The translations under genes and the position numbers were made by a program. Below are positions 20,810 to 31,852 of a stretch of DNA of 64,000 nt, one piece after another (within the stretch, counting starts at the first letter, position 1; the number at the start of each line of letters is the position of its first letter). The notes under the pieces were generated by a model. The model was not told the DNA's origin and made no database searches. It saw nothing but the letters and a program-made list of their open reading frames with translations. The DNA comes from Rebecca billardiae RCC1528 (taxonomy: Eukaryota > Protista > Haptophyta), in contig OZ251233.1 of assembly GCA_965240325.2 (NCBI GenBank), positions 2,232,001-2,296,000 on the forward strand, given 5' to 3'.

Positions 20810-22759
20810 TCATCGTCGTCGTCGGAGCTGCAGCCAGCTGCCGCTGCGCCGGTCGTCGCCCGGCGCTGTCGCGGAGCGCCCCGTGGGCGACGGCCCTGCC
20901 GGCGGCGACCAGTCCGCGCAGCTGCTCGGCGGCGACGCGCCGCCATCCACGCCGCCGTCTGGCCTCCCCGCAGCTCGGGCGGGCGGCGGCGGCGCCGCGG
21001 CGGACGATGCCGCGAGCGGAGGGGGCGTCGCGGCCGGCTCCGAGCGCTGCGGGGCGCGAGGCCGAGGCGGCGCGGGCGGCGGCGGCGCAGCGGGCGGAGA
21101 TGCGCGCGCCGCGCTCCCCGCGCCGCGCGGCGCGGCGGCGGCCGACGCGGCGGCGGCGGCCTTCGCCGCGGCGGCGCGCCTGCTGCGGCAGCGGATGCTG
21201 TCCAGCCCAGTCCACGCGGTCAGCCCCGCCATCGCGGCCGCGCTCAGCCCGATCGCCGCCTCGCACGAGGCTACGTCTGCGAGCACGCCGAGGCCGACGG
21301 GGCAGACGAGCCCGAGCACGTCGGCGGCGGTGCGGTGCACCGAGAGCGCGCGGCCGCGGATCGACTGCGGCGTCACCTGCGCGGTGAGCGCGCCCACCGC
21401 GGGCGTCGCCAGCCCCGCCGCCACGTTGGACAGCGTGAGCACGCCCAAAAACGCGCTGTACGAGTCGACGCACGCGAGCGCGCCAAACGAGAGATGGGAG
21501 CCGAGCATCCCGCCTGCGCTGAGCCAGCGCTTGTTGCCCAGCCGGTCGGCGAGCCAGGAGCCGACGGGCATGCTCACCATGTACACCGCGGACACCGCCG
21601 CGAACACCGCGCCCAGGCTCGCCGGCCCCACGCCCCACGCCGCCAGGTGGAACGGGATCACGGCCATGAAGCACGACTGGCTGATCGCTGTGCACGCCGA
21701 GATGGCGATGATCAGCCGCTGGTCGGCGGAGGCGAGGATCTTGCGCCACGTGGACGCGCGCCACCACGCGAGGAGCGTCTCGACGCGCCCGTTCGCCCCG
21801 GCCGCGGGCGCCGCGGCGAGCGCCGTGGCGCTCGCGGCCGCCGCGTCCGTCGCCGCCGCCACGCGCGCCGCGGGCGAGCCGGCCGCCGCCGCCGAGCGCG
21901 CCGCCGGCTGCGGCTGCGCGTGCGGCGCGGGCTCCTTGTGCGTCGCGTGCGGCTTGACGGTGAGCGTCTCGGGCAGCGCCATGTACCCGAGCGTGCACAT
22001 CAGCGTGCCCGCGCCCGCCAGGTAGAACGAGTTGAGCGCGCCGTACTGCTCCGCCACCACGCCGCCGACCGCGGGGCCGAGCGCCCACGCGCTGCTCACG
22101 ACCGCCTGCTGGATGCCCATCAGCTTGGCGCGGTGCTCGGGCGCGCGGTCGGAGAGGTCGGCGATCATCGCGCCGGAGCCGACCATCGAACAGCCCGAGC
22201 CGAAGCCCACGAGCGCGCGGAACGGCAGCAGCGCGAGCAGCCCGTACGGCATCGCCAGCCCCGTGCCCACCACGCCGAGTGCCGACAGCATCGTGCCGAC
22301 GATCATCAGCGGCCGGCGGCCGACCGTGTCGGCGAGCCGGCCGAGGGGGATGTTGACGAGGAGGCGGGCGGCGGAGGGCAGAGCGAGCACGATGCCCAGC
22401 CCCGACGCGCCCAGCTCGCCCGTCTCCTGCGCAAAGTAGGGCAGCACGGGCACCACCTGCGACATGCCCAGGTTGAGCATCAGCTGCGCGCCCGTCAGGA
22501 TGGCGACGGGCACCCACGGCGGCTTGGCGGCGGCGCCGCCCGACGGGCTGGCGGACTCGCCACTGCCCGCGTGCGCGCCCGCGCTGTCGGGCTGAGCCTC
22601 GCCCGGCGCCGGGCGCGCGCCCGGGCGCGCGTCGGCGTGCGCATGCTCGCGGCCGCTGCTCGCGTCCGGCCGCGGCGTGCCGAGCGAGAAGGCGGCGAGC
22701 GGCGGCGCGCGGCACAGCCGCGGTGGGCCGCGGCCCGCACGCAGCACGCTGCGCAGCAT
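20810..22759 (-). CDS. Major facilitator superfamily transporter (DHA1/TetA-like), with Arg-rich N-terminal extension; 3' end uncertain
   Basis: Motif A GRLADTVGRRPLM, FRALVGFG, ALGPAVGG, SWLADRLGNK, RGRALS; about 12 hydrophobic helices. Confidence 0.88.
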   Translation of the reverse strand: MLRSVLRAGRGPPRLCRAPPLAAFSLGTPRPDASSGREHAHADARPGARPAPGEAQPDSAGAHAGSGESASPSGGAAAKPPWVPVAILTGAQLMLNLGMSQVVPVLPYFAQETGELGASGLGIVLALPSAARLLVNIPLGRLADTVGRRPLMIVGTMLSALGVVGTGLAMPYGLLALLPFRALVGFGSGCSMVGSGAMIADLSDRAPEHRAKLMGIQQAVVSSAWALGPAVGGVVAEQYGALNSFYLAGAGTLMCTLGYMALPETLTVKPHATHKEPAPHAQPQPAARSAAAAGSPAARVAAATDAAAASATALAAAPAAGANGRVETLLAWWRASTWRKILASADQRLIIAISACTAISQSCFMAVIPFHLAAWGVGPASLGAVFAAVSAVYMVSMPVGSWLADRLGNKRWLSAGGMLGSHLSFGALACVDSYSAFLGVLTLSNVAAGLATPAVGALTAQVTPQSIRGRALSVHRTAADVLGLVCPVGLGVLADVASCEAAIGLSAAAMAGLTAWTGLDSIRCRSRRAAAAKAAAAASAAAAPRGAGSAARASPPAAPPPPAPPRPRAPQRSEPAATPPPLAASSAAAPPPPARAAGRPDGGVDGGASPPSSCADWSPPAGPSPTGRSATAPGDDRRSGSWLQLRRRR

Positions 22760-22961
22760 CGCCGGCCCCGGCGCGCGCGCCCGCGCGCCAGAGCACCGCA
22801 GCAGCGTCGCCGCCGTCGCTGCGGACCCCCGCGAGGATCGCGCTGCTGCCAATTGAGCTCCTCGACGCTGCCGCCGCCGGTCGGGCGCGCGGCCGATCGC
22901 AAGATCCTTCTGGAGCGTCAAATGAATGCGCTCAAGGGGCAGGTACAAGTAAAAGCCCACG

Positions 22962-25900
22962 ATGGCGGCCTCCGGCCGCGCGCGCCCGCGGCGGGGCGAG
23001 CTGCGCGGGCTGCAGGCGCTCGTGCTGGTCGGCTCGGTTGCGCTACTCGTGGACTACCTCCTGGCCGCGCTCGTGCTGCGCCGGGTGCTGCCCGCGCGCC
23101 GCGCGCCGCCGCACGGCGCGGCGCCAGCGCGCGGCGCTCCGCGGGCTGGCGGCGGCGCCGACGCGGCGTCGGCGCTGCTCGAGCGCGTCGCGCGCCCGCG
23201 GCTCGAGTCGGTGCTGGCGGCGCCGTCCGAGCTGCGCATCTACGTGTACCCGCTCCCCGCCGCCTTCAACGAGGCCGCGCTCCGCGCGCTCGAGTCTGCG
23301 CCCGCAGACGTGCGCGCGTGGTACCCCCCCCTTCGGGTGGAGGTGGATGTGCACGAGGCGCTGCTGCGCTCGGCGTCGCGCACGCGCGATCCGGAGGAGG
23401 CCGACCTGTTCTACGTCCCCGTGTACGCATCGGCGCACATCCTCGTCGACAACGGCGAGCACGGCGTCGACTGGCCCGAGGGCAACCGCGCGCGCGCGAT
23501 CGCGTTTGTCCAGCGCGCGCTCGAGCACGTCGCGGGTGTCGCGCCGCACTTCAACGCGTCGGGCGGGCGCGACCACGTGCTCACGCTGTCGTACGACTTT
23601 GGGCGGTGCCTCACGCACGTCCCCGCGCTCGCCGCCGACGGCGTGGGCCCGCGCCTCGCCCGCCACGCCATCGTGCTGTCGATGTTTGCCGACGGCGCGC
23701 GCGCGCCGGGCGGCCGCTGCCACGCGCACGGCCAGGACGTGGTGATCCCGCCGCGCGTCGAGGCGGCGCGGCTGCCCGACGCGGCGGCGGTGCGCGGCAG
23801 CGCGCGGAACGAGACGCTCCTCTACTTCCGCGGGCGCACCAAGGCGTACCTCCCCGCCGCGCGCAGGCACGACCCGGTCGGCGCCGACTGCTACCGTGGG
23901 CGCGCGGAGCCGGCCAACGCGTGCGGCGCCGTGTACTCGGCCGGCGTGCGGCAGCTGGTGGTGGCGCTGCACGCGGGCAGGGCGGGGTTCGAGGTGAGCT
24001 CGACGACGGACGCGCAGGTGCGCAAGTCGGCGCAGTCGCACGCCGACGCCTCCGCCGCGATGCTGCGCGCGCGCCACTGCCTGTGCGCCGCGGGCCTCGC
24101 GCCCTGGTCGCCCCGCCTCGTCGAGGCTCTGGCGCATGGCTGCACGCCGCTCTTCACGTCGCTCTCGCCGCCGGCGGAGCTGCTGCCGTTCGGCGAGCTG
24201 GTGGACTGGCGCGCGCTCTCCGACCGCGTGGACGCGTCCGAGCTCGCCGCGCTCCCCGCCGCGCTCGCCGCGCTGCGCGCGCGCGAGGGCGCGCCGACGG
24301 CGCCGCAGCTCGGCCTCGCGTCCTCCCTGATGCGCTACAGGGGGCCTGGGCCGTCGGCGTCGGCGTCGGCGGCGGGCAGGGCGCGCGGGCTGGACGCGCA
24401 CGCGCTGATCGAGTACTCGCTGCGCCCGCGCGCCGCGTGCGCCCGCGTGCGCATGCGGCACGACGCCACCCTCGCGCGCGCGCTCGCCCTGCACCGCGCG
24501 GAGCTGCGGGCTGAGGAGGCGGCGCGCGCGGAGCAGGCGCGCGCGCTGCCGCCCGAGCCGCCGCCGCCGCCGTTCCGCTGGGCGGCGCCCGGCGCGTCGG
24601 TGGACGGCGTGGGCGCGCGCTCCGACGTGGGCGGCCCCGGCGGCGGCCTCGGCGGGCCGCACGGCCTCAAGCTGTACGTGTACGCGCTGCCCTCGGAGTA
24701 CAACCGCGCATTCGTGGCCTCCAACCCTAAGTGCTCCTCGCACATGTTCAGCTGGGACGTGTACCTGCACGCGCGGCTGATGGCGGACGGCGGGGAGGAG
24801 GGGCTGGCGACGGGCGTGCGCACGGAGAACGCCTCCGAGGCCGACCTCTTCTTCGTGCCCGTGTACACGATGTGCAACTTCAACGCGTGCGCGCGGCCGC
24901 GCGCGCGCTCCACGCGGCCTCGCGCCGCGCGCGCCCACACGCGCGCCCCCGCCGCGCGCGCGGCGCGCTCGCGCCGCAGGCGCGGGCTGGCGATGCAGGA
25001 GCTGTCGCGGCCGCTCGTCGAGGGCGCGATCGCGTACATCGCCTCGGCCCACCCGTGGTGGGCGCGGCACGGCGGGCGCGACCACGTGTTTGCGCTGCCC
25101 GGCGACTACGGCGGCTGCTTCACGTATCGGCGCGCGCCAAGCAATTCCATCCCGAGGGCGCTGCGCTCGTCGGTGCTGCTGCAGACGTACGGCGAGGTGG
25201 GGCGGCCGTGCTACGCGGGCGCGGCGGCGACGGTCGTCGTGCCCGCCGTCGCGTCCAACGTCGCGTTCCGCGCGAGCGCGCGCGGCGTGCGGCCGCGTAC
25301 CACTCTCGCCTACTTCCGAGGCGACTGCCACGAGCTGGGCGGCGGCGGCGGCGGCGGCGCGGCGGCCGAGGGCGGCGGCGGCGGCGGGGGCAACGGCTCG
25401 GCGGCGGGGGGCGGCGAGGCGGGCGCGCGCTGGTCGGCGGACGCGTACACCGCGGGCCTCGCGCGCCAGCTCTTCTCCGCGCGCGCGCAGCTCGTGCGGC
25501 ACTGGGCGGGGCGCGACCCGCGCGTGCGCATCGAGTGCGGCCGCGCCTCGCGCCAGCAGTACCTGCTCGAGATGGCGCAGTCGACGTTCTGCCTCGCGCC
25601 GAGGGGGTGGGCGCCGTGGTCGGCGCGGCTCTTCGAGGCGCTCGAGGTGGGGTGCATCCCCGTGCTCCTCGCCGACGGCATCGTCCTCCCGTTCGCGCAG
25701 ACCATCGACTGGTCCTCCATCGCCGTCGTGCTGCCAGAGGGCCGCGTGGACGCGTTGCTCGACCATCTCGAGGCGATCTCGCCCGAGCGCGTGCGCAGGA
25801 TGCAGGGCGCGCTCGCGGCGCTGCGCCCGTCGCTGCTCTTCTCGTGGCCTCCCGCGCCGTGCGACGCGTACGAGCTCACCCTGCTCTCGCTCGCGAGGCT

Positions 25901-27062
25901 GCTGCCGCGCGTCTCCGCGCGCGGCGGCTCGGCCACGCGCGAGTTTGTGCGCGAGCGGAGCGCGCGCGTCGCCGCGCGCCGCGCGGCCGCGGGCGGCGCG
26001 CAACACGGCGGCGGCGGCGGCGCAGCAGCCGGCGGCGGGGGCGGCTCGGAAGACGCCGTGGCGGCGGCCGCGGCGGCGGCCGAGGCCGAGGCCGAGGCGG
26101 GCGCGGACGCCGAGGCAGGCGGCGCGGCGGATGCGGGCGCGCAGCGTGGCTCGCGCGCGACGCCCGATGCCTCCGCTGCGCGGCCCGCGCCGGGCGCGCG
26201 TGGCGCCGCGGCGGAGCCGCCGGCCCCCGCGCGCGCCGCGCCCGCGGCCAGCGGCGCGTCGGAGCCGGGCGCGCCCCCCTCCTCCGCCTCCGGCGTGCTC
26301 GAGCTCGTGCTCCTGTACGGCTCGAGCTGCACGGGCAAGAGCGTCGCGGCCCGGGCGCTGGCGTCCTTCCTGGCCGAGGGCGGGCTGCCCGCGCGCGCGC
26401 TCGAGGCGGACGCGCTCATCCCGGGCGCGCTGTACGCGGAGCGGCGGCGGGCGGAGGAGGGCGGCGCGCTGCACCGCGCGCTCGAGCGCGCGCTCGGCGA
26501 GGCCGGCGCCCGCCCGCCGCCGCTCGACGCGCTGAGCGACGTGCGCGTGCAGAGCGAGGCGACGGCGGCCGTGCAGCTGCGCGCGCTCACCCACCTGCTG
26601 CCCGAGCTGTGGGCGGCGCACGCGCGCCCGCTCGGCGGTGGCGCGTGCCGCGCGCTCGTGGTGGTGAGCACGTGCAGCTTCCTGCCGCTGCCGCCCGGCG
26701 CGCGTGCCGAGCGGCCGGGGCCACTCGGCTGGCTGCGCGCGGCGCTGCGCGCTGAGCACGGGCTGGCGCTGCGCATCACGCCGATCGGCATCGAGATCGG
26801 GCACAAGGAGCACCTCAGGGCGCTCGAGCGCGAGCGCGGCTTCTTCGACGAGGGCATGCGCGCCGCGTTCGCCGAGCTTCAGCGCGCGTACCAGGCGAAT
26901 TACTCGGACGCGGGCGTCGCGCTGCGGCTCAAGCAGTGGGGGCCGCGCTCCGGCTTCGAGAAGCACCCGAAGCACCCATTCGCGCGCGTGCGCACGGGGC
27001 TGCTCGAGCGGCTGCGCGGGCCGGGCGCGTGCGGCGCGGCCGCCGCCGACGCCGCGGCGTGA
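22962..27062 (+). CDS. Type II membrane protein with two exostosin (GT47) domains and a C-terminal P-loop domain; probable intron 24887-24979
   Basis: Two copies of LxIYVYxLP / TxDPEEADLFxVPVY / GGRDHV / CLxPxGxAPWSxRLxEAL..GCxP; LELVLLYGSSCTGKS Walker A near 26300. Confidence 0.88.
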   Translation: MAASGRARPRRGELRGLQALVLVGSVALLVDYLLAALVLRRVLPARRAPPHGAAPARGAPRAGGGADAASALLERVARPRLESVLAAPSELRIYVYPLPAAFNEAALRALESAPADVRAWYPPLRVEVDVHEALLRSASRTRDPEEADLFYVPVYASAHILVDNGEHGVDWPEGNRARAIAFVQRALEHVAGVAPHFNASGGRDHVLTLSYDFGRCLTHVPALAADGVGPRLARHAIVLSMFADGARAPGGRCHAHGQDVVIPPRVEAARLPDAAAVRGSARNETLLYFRGRTKAYLPAARRHDPVGADCYRGRAEPANACGAVYSAGVRQLVVALHAGRAGFEVSSTTDAQVRKSAQSHADASAAMLRARHCLCAAGLAPWSPRLVEALAHGCTPLFTSLSPPAELLPFGELVDWRALSDRVDASELAALPAALAALRAREGAPTAPQLGLASSLMRYRGPGPSASASAAGRARGLDAHALIEYSLRPRAACARVRMRHDATLARALALHRAELRAEEAARAEQARALPPEPPPPPFRWAAPGASVDGVGARSDVGGPGGGLGGPHGLKLYVYALPSEYNRAFVASNPKCSSHMFSWDVYLHARLMADGGEEGLATGVRTENASEADLFFVPVYTMCNFNACARPRARSTRPRAARAHTRAPAARAARSRRRRGLAMQELSRPLVEGAIAYIASAHPWWARHGGRDHVFALPGDYGGCFTYRRAPSNSIPRALRSSVLLQTYGEVGRPCYAGAAATVVVPAVASNVAFRASARGVRPRTTLAYFRGDCHELGGGGGGGAAAEGGGGGGGNGSAAGGGEAGARWSADAYTAGLARQLFSARAQLVRHWAGRDPRVRIECGRASRQQYLLEMAQSTFCLAPRGWAPWSARLFEALEVGCIPVLLADGIVLPFAQTIDWSSIAVVLPEGRVDALLDHLEAISPERVRRMQGALAALRPSLLFSWPPAPCDAYELTLLSLARLLPRVSARGGSATREFVRERSARVAARRAAAGGAQHGGGGGAAAGGGGGSEDAVAAAAAAAEAEAEAGADAEAGGAADAGAQRGSRATPDASAARPAPGARGAAAEPPAPARAAPAASGASEPGAPPSSASGVLELVLLYGSSCTGKSVAARALASFLAEGGLPARALEADALIPGALYAERRRAEEGGALHRALERALGEAGARPPPLDALSDVRVQSEATAAVQLRALTHLLPELWAAHARPLGGGACRALVVVSTCSFLPLPPGARAERPGPLGWLRAALRAEHGLALRITPIGIEIGHKEHLRALERERGFFDEGMRAAFAELQRAYQANYSDAGVALRLKQWGPRSGFEKHPKHPFARVRTGLLERLRGPGACGAAAADAAA

Positions 27063-27295
27063 GGGGCGCGTGCGCAGGGCCAAGAGCCAAGACAGGGCTC
27101 GGATGGGCGCCAAGGCGCCATGCTGACGACTGCACACTGGGGCAGCCATCGTGAAAATCCGCGGCAGTGGGCAGTCTGAAACACTCAGCCGCCTCTCCGG
27201 CCGCGAGCCGGAGCCCGGAGCGCGGCGGCGCCGCCGGTCGTTGTCTCCCGGGGGTCGAACTCGGCGCGGCCCTGCGCGGGGGCCGGCGCACGCGC

Positions 27296-27960
27296 ATGTT
27301 CTTCTTCCAGGCGTCGACGAGGCTAGAGGCGGACAGCACCGTCGAGATCGTGCAGCACATCCGCTGCTCCGGCGCGACGTGGAACCACGAGCCCGGCGAG
27401 GAGGTGCCGCGCAAGATTGCAAACCGAGTCGGTGCGCGCGCGCGCGCCGCTCCGCCCGCCGCAGCCCTTGGCCGAGCCGCGGCCGGGCGAGGTATGCACG
27501 CGGCGCGCACTCACGTGCATGCACCGGCGCCGCCCGCTCTCGCGCCCGCCCCGCCCGCCTCGTAGACGAGGAGTACTGGACGCAATTCCTGAGCGCGGTG
27601 CAGCCGCTCGGCAGCTCGCTCTTCTTGCTCGCCTGGGCGGAGTCGTTCATGATGGCGGCGGCGCTGGCGCTGATTACCACGCTCTTTATGGTGGGGCAGC
27701 CGGTGGCCGCGCTCGTCGGCACGCTGGGCATGCTCGCGGTCTACGCCGGCGTGAACGTGCTCGTGACGACGCGCGTGCGGAGGCAGGCGGCGTCCTTCTG
27801 CGAGAAGCACGGCCCCGAGCTGCGGGCCGTCGGGCTGCGGCTCACGGCGCACACGGACAGATGGCAATTCGCGATCACGCGCATGGAGCTGTGGCTGGAG
27901 ATCGAGATCGAGATGGCCCTGGAGGCAGCGGTCTACGGCGACTTGGCTTCACGCACATGA
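27296..27960 (+). CDS. Small 2-TM membrane protein, possibly Erf4/Golgin-A7-like; intron 27432-27565
   Basis: GT-AG intron joins VPRKIANRVDEEYWTQFL to two hydrophobic helices and ...GLRL...WLEIEI. Confidence 0.55.
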
Positions 27961-28370
27961 TACTGTATAGATGCGGCATGATGACTACATGATTTGATGA
28001 TGATGGTTACTGTAATGCCGGTCGGGCCTCACCACGCGGTACCCACCGACGCACCGTGCACGGTGCTGTGCAGCCCTGCGCCCCGTGCTCATTCCGAGGC
28101 CCATCAGCCTCAGGCCGACCGTGTAGCAGCGGCGAGCAGTAGCACTCTGCGGGGCACGATGCGCCGCCGCGCCGGCGGCGCTGGGGCGCGCTGGCGCGCT
28201 CGCGGGTCGGCTGGATAGTGGATAGGCCTCGGCTGGACCTGGTCAGTCATCACAGTGACGCCGCGCACGCGTCATACTGTCACAGTCATTGTCCGAGTGC
28301 CCAGCTGACACTGCCCGGGCACTGGCCCACCGTCGGTAATTAACGCTCGGGCAGGACTGCGCTCATCAGT

Positions 28371-28813
28371 TAGTGGGGGACCTCAGAGCTCCGACCGACC
28401 GTTACACTCTCGGGTGCCACACTGATCTCCCGAAATCTCTTAGCATCAACTATCACACGGGTATTTACTTGGACGAACTAGTTAGTAGGCGTTAAGGCTT
28501 AATTCCAGGGTGTAGAATCCGCCTGTGCCAATTTCAGACTGCCAAAATGTGATCTAGACGGTGCGATTCTGGTGCAAATAGCGAGATCACCTTGGAGATC
28601 GTGTATCTCCCCTACTAATGTTGCCGAGATCGCGTCGAGATTGAGGTCGTATATCTCCAGTATGTGACATTTTTTCGCAAAACTTGTCAGCGTGACCCCA
28701 GCTCATTTATTCAGGCGAATATTGACATCCCGAAGTTTGAGAGCCTCATCTCAAGACGACAGGAAGTTGGATTTTGGGCCACGCACCCCCCAGTGGGGCT
28801 CTGACCCCTCTAC
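28371..28813. mobile_element. Possible MITE (AT-richer island with weak terminal inverted similarity)
   Basis: tagtgggggacctcagagctcc vs ggggctctgacccctcta; composition differs from the flanks; no TSD found. Confidence 0.25.
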
Positions 28814-29087
28814 TCATCAGTCAGTGACAGCAGACGCGTATAAGCAGTATCACGACTCGTCAGTCATCATATGATGAATCGTGAGTCACATCAGTGATCA
28901 GTTAGGGTAGCAGTCGGTCAAGACTCAATGACAATAATAAGTCAGCAGCATCACAATCAGCAGCTGGCAGCAGTCTGACGTCTCACGAGTTGTTCAGTCA
29001 CTGACTGACGCCTGACGGTGTCCTAGACCTAGTTACTGTACGCGCTGTACTGTCCTCCTTGCGGCTGCGACCGTCACCGGCCAGGCG

Positions 29088-29506
29088 GCCAGCATAAAGG
29101 ATGGCCGCTTCTGAACCTGTGATGGAGGCCCTTCCGCACGCGCCCGTGCGCGGCGACGGGTGGGGTGCGGGGCTGGCGGGCGTCGGGCGGTCGCCTCGAG
29201 AGGGTCGAGGAGTCCCCCGCCCAAGCGAGGGCCACCGCCTCAGTCAGCCTCTCCGCGTCGCGCGCGTCGTCGGCGCGCGGGTGCTTTCGAGCCCTTGTGA
29301 AGGCACGCCGAGGTACGAGCAGTCGGCCACAGTGCGCTGATGCGGCCGCGGCCACTGGCGGAGCAGCCGCCAGCTCTCGCCCTTTTCTCAGTTCTTGAAG
29401 AACGGATTTGTTCTGCTCAAGTTTGTGGTACACGACTTGAGACTGGTGGCTTGCCTTTCACCTTCGGTACCAGACGTGGCGCGAAGCGGTCATCCTTTAT
29501 GATGGC
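29088..29506. mobile_element. Candidate MITE with ~24-bp imperfect TIRs
   Basis: gccagcataaaggatggccgcttc ... gaagcggtcatcctttatgatggc; no clear TSD. Confidence 0.5.
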
Positions 29507-29539
29507 TGCCGCGCGGGCTCGGCGGGATTAGGGTGGAGC

Positions 29540-30451
29540 ATGGTCGCCCCCGCCCTGCTGGTGCTGTGCGCTGCGAGCGCGGCTGTCAGCCCGGCGTCGT
29601 CGACGGGCATGGCACGCCGGCTGATCTACGGCACTGCCTGGAAGAAGGAGCGCACGACGGAACTCGTCGTGCAGGCGCTGCGCGCGGGCTTCCGCGCGGT
29701 GGACACCGCGTGCCAGCCGCGGCACTACCACGAGGCTGGCGTGGGCGAAGCGCTCGCGATCGTGGCCGAGCAGGATGGGCTGAAGCGTGAGGAGATCTTC
29801 CTGCAGACCAAGTACACGCCCGAGCGCGGGCAGGACGCGTCGTCCATCCCGTACGACCCGTCCCTGCCGCTGGGCGAGCAGGTGCGCGCCTCGTTTGGCG
29901 CGTCGCTCGCCAACCTGCGCACGGACTACGTCGACTCGCTGCTGCTGCACTCGCCGCTTGAGACGCTGGACGAGACGGTGGAGGCGTGGCGCGCGATGGA
30001 GGCGCTCGTGCGCGACGGCGCGTGCCGGCAGATCGGCATCTCCAACCTGTACGAGCTGGGCGCGCTGCAGCAGCTGTGCGAGGCCGTGGCCGTGCCGCCC
30101 GCGGTCGTGCAGAACCGGCTGTACGCGGACACGGCGTACGACGCACAGCTGCGCGAGTGGTGCCACGCGCGCGGCATCGGCACGCAGACGTTCTGGACGC
30201 TCACCGCCAACCCCGAGGCGCTGCGCTCCGAGCCCGTCCGCGCCATCAGCGCCTCGCGCGGCTGCAGCGCGCAGCAAGCCTTCTTCCTGTACGTGCTCGG
30301 CCTCGGCGCCACGCCGCTCACAGGCACCACCTCGGCCGCGCACATGCGCGACGACCTCGACGTGCTCAGCATGGCTCCGCTGGCCGTGGACGAGCTCGAG
30401 GCAGTCTCCGAATGGCTGGCGCGGCATGCGGCGGAGGCAGGGACGGTGTAG
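29540..30451 (+). CDS. Aldo/keto reductase with N-terminal signal-like leader
   Basis: IYGTAWKK, GFRAVDTA.QPRHY.E..VGEAL, REEIFLQTKYT, LRTDYVDSLLLHSP, IGISN. Confidence 0.92.
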   Translation: MVAPALLVLCAASAAVSPASSTGMARRLIYGTAWKKERTTELVVQALRAGFRAVDTACQPRHYHEAGVGEALAIVAEQDGLKREEIFLQTKYTPERGQDASSIPYDPSLPLGEQVRASFGASLANLRTDYVDSLLLHSPLETLDETVEAWRAMEALVRDGACRQIGISNLYELGALQQLCEAVAVPPAVVQNRLYADTAYDAQLREWCHARGIGTQTFWTLTANPEALRSEPVRAISASRGCSAQQAFFLYVLGLGATPLTGTTSAAHMRDDLDVLSMAPLAVDELEAVSEWLARHAAEAGTV

Positions 30452-31852
30452 TTTCTGATGATGCACTTACTCGGTCGCAGCCGGGCGTGAGTCGGGCTGC
30501 TGCTTCATCCATCACGTCCACGACGACTCGACGAGTACGACCACGAGTCCATCATCGTCAGTCGTCACGACTACTCTATATATACCGTTGCTCTGTCACG
30601 ACGTCGTCGTCGGATGTGATCGCCCGAGTCACTAGACAATAATATATATATGTATTAAATATATTATTGCTGCTATGATATATAGCTACTACCCGCCAGT
30701 ACTCACTGTTACTCGCTATATATATACGTACTGCTATCTATATATATAATTATAATTGCGGCCGTCCTGGCGCGGGTCCACCGCGCCGTCAGGCGTCCCG
30801 CCGACTCGGCGTCCTGACGAGACTCGAGAGCAGCAGTGACGACGAGCGACGCGATACGTACTTCTGCTTGACGATATATCGCGATTCCGCCCCGCTAACG
30901 CTTCGGTGACTGCTCGTCAATCATGAATATAACTCGCTTGCCGGGCGGACTGAAACTCGGCCACTACAGAGTGGCGACTGCTACTCGGGCCCGCCAGGCC
31001 CAGCCAGGGGCAGGTAGTTACGGCCCGTTATCAGCCGCCCGGCCCCGGGCCTGCCGCCGCCGCGGTGCCCGCCAGCCCGCGGCCGGGCGCGACCGGCGCG
31101 AGCCGCGTTGACTACGACCGCGCATCGAGTCACTAACTACCGCCGCGTGATTGCCGCGGCGGCCGCCGTCTGAGTCAGCAGCAATAAACTTAAAGTAGAA
31201 CAGTACAAACCGTGACACGCGCCCGAGTGAGACAGCGCGCCTGATGCCGCCTGTCAATGTCATTGCCATCGGTTACCGGCTACCGCGGGCGGGCCTTCGG
31301 AGGCATCCGCCGAACTTGCCAACTCCTAAGGCAATAAATAATAACTCTACTCTATCTGAGTCTCTCTCGGCTCTCTCTTATTTGCTGACTCTCCGTCGAT
31401 CAGTCTCACAGTCACTGAGTCACTCACTGAGTCACAGTCTTCGGAGTCCGTGCTGACCGTGCTCTCTTATGACTGATTGACTCTCTCGTCTCTCTGTCTC
31501 TCTCTATTATGCATGCGCATCCGAGAATGCTCGCTGCGTTATGCTGCGAGTGCGCGCATATATCATCATCAATGATCATCATCATCGTCGATCTGCGACT
31601 GCGTGCTGCGATCAGTGAATCACTCCGACTCGCGCACGCCTCGGACGACAAGAGACGACAGCCTGGCGGCGCGGGCCTAGTCGCACGCGCCGACTGCCAC
31701 GGACCGCGTGACGAGCGGCCCCTCGCGGCCGGCGACCGCGGCGGCCGCCGGGCGTCGGCCGATACGTTCTCATGTCACCGATGGCCGCCGCCGATCCCGG
31801 ATCCGCGAACGACGCCGGACTCGCCGGAGCGCCGGAGCGGGAGAGCGCCTCG

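Noticed and set aside
23043-27731. 1562-aa minus-strand ORF and similar giants (20792-24514, 60267-63824, 10829-13015)
   Set aside because: Arg/Ala-rich shadow frames of real genes, caused by extreme GC codon bias
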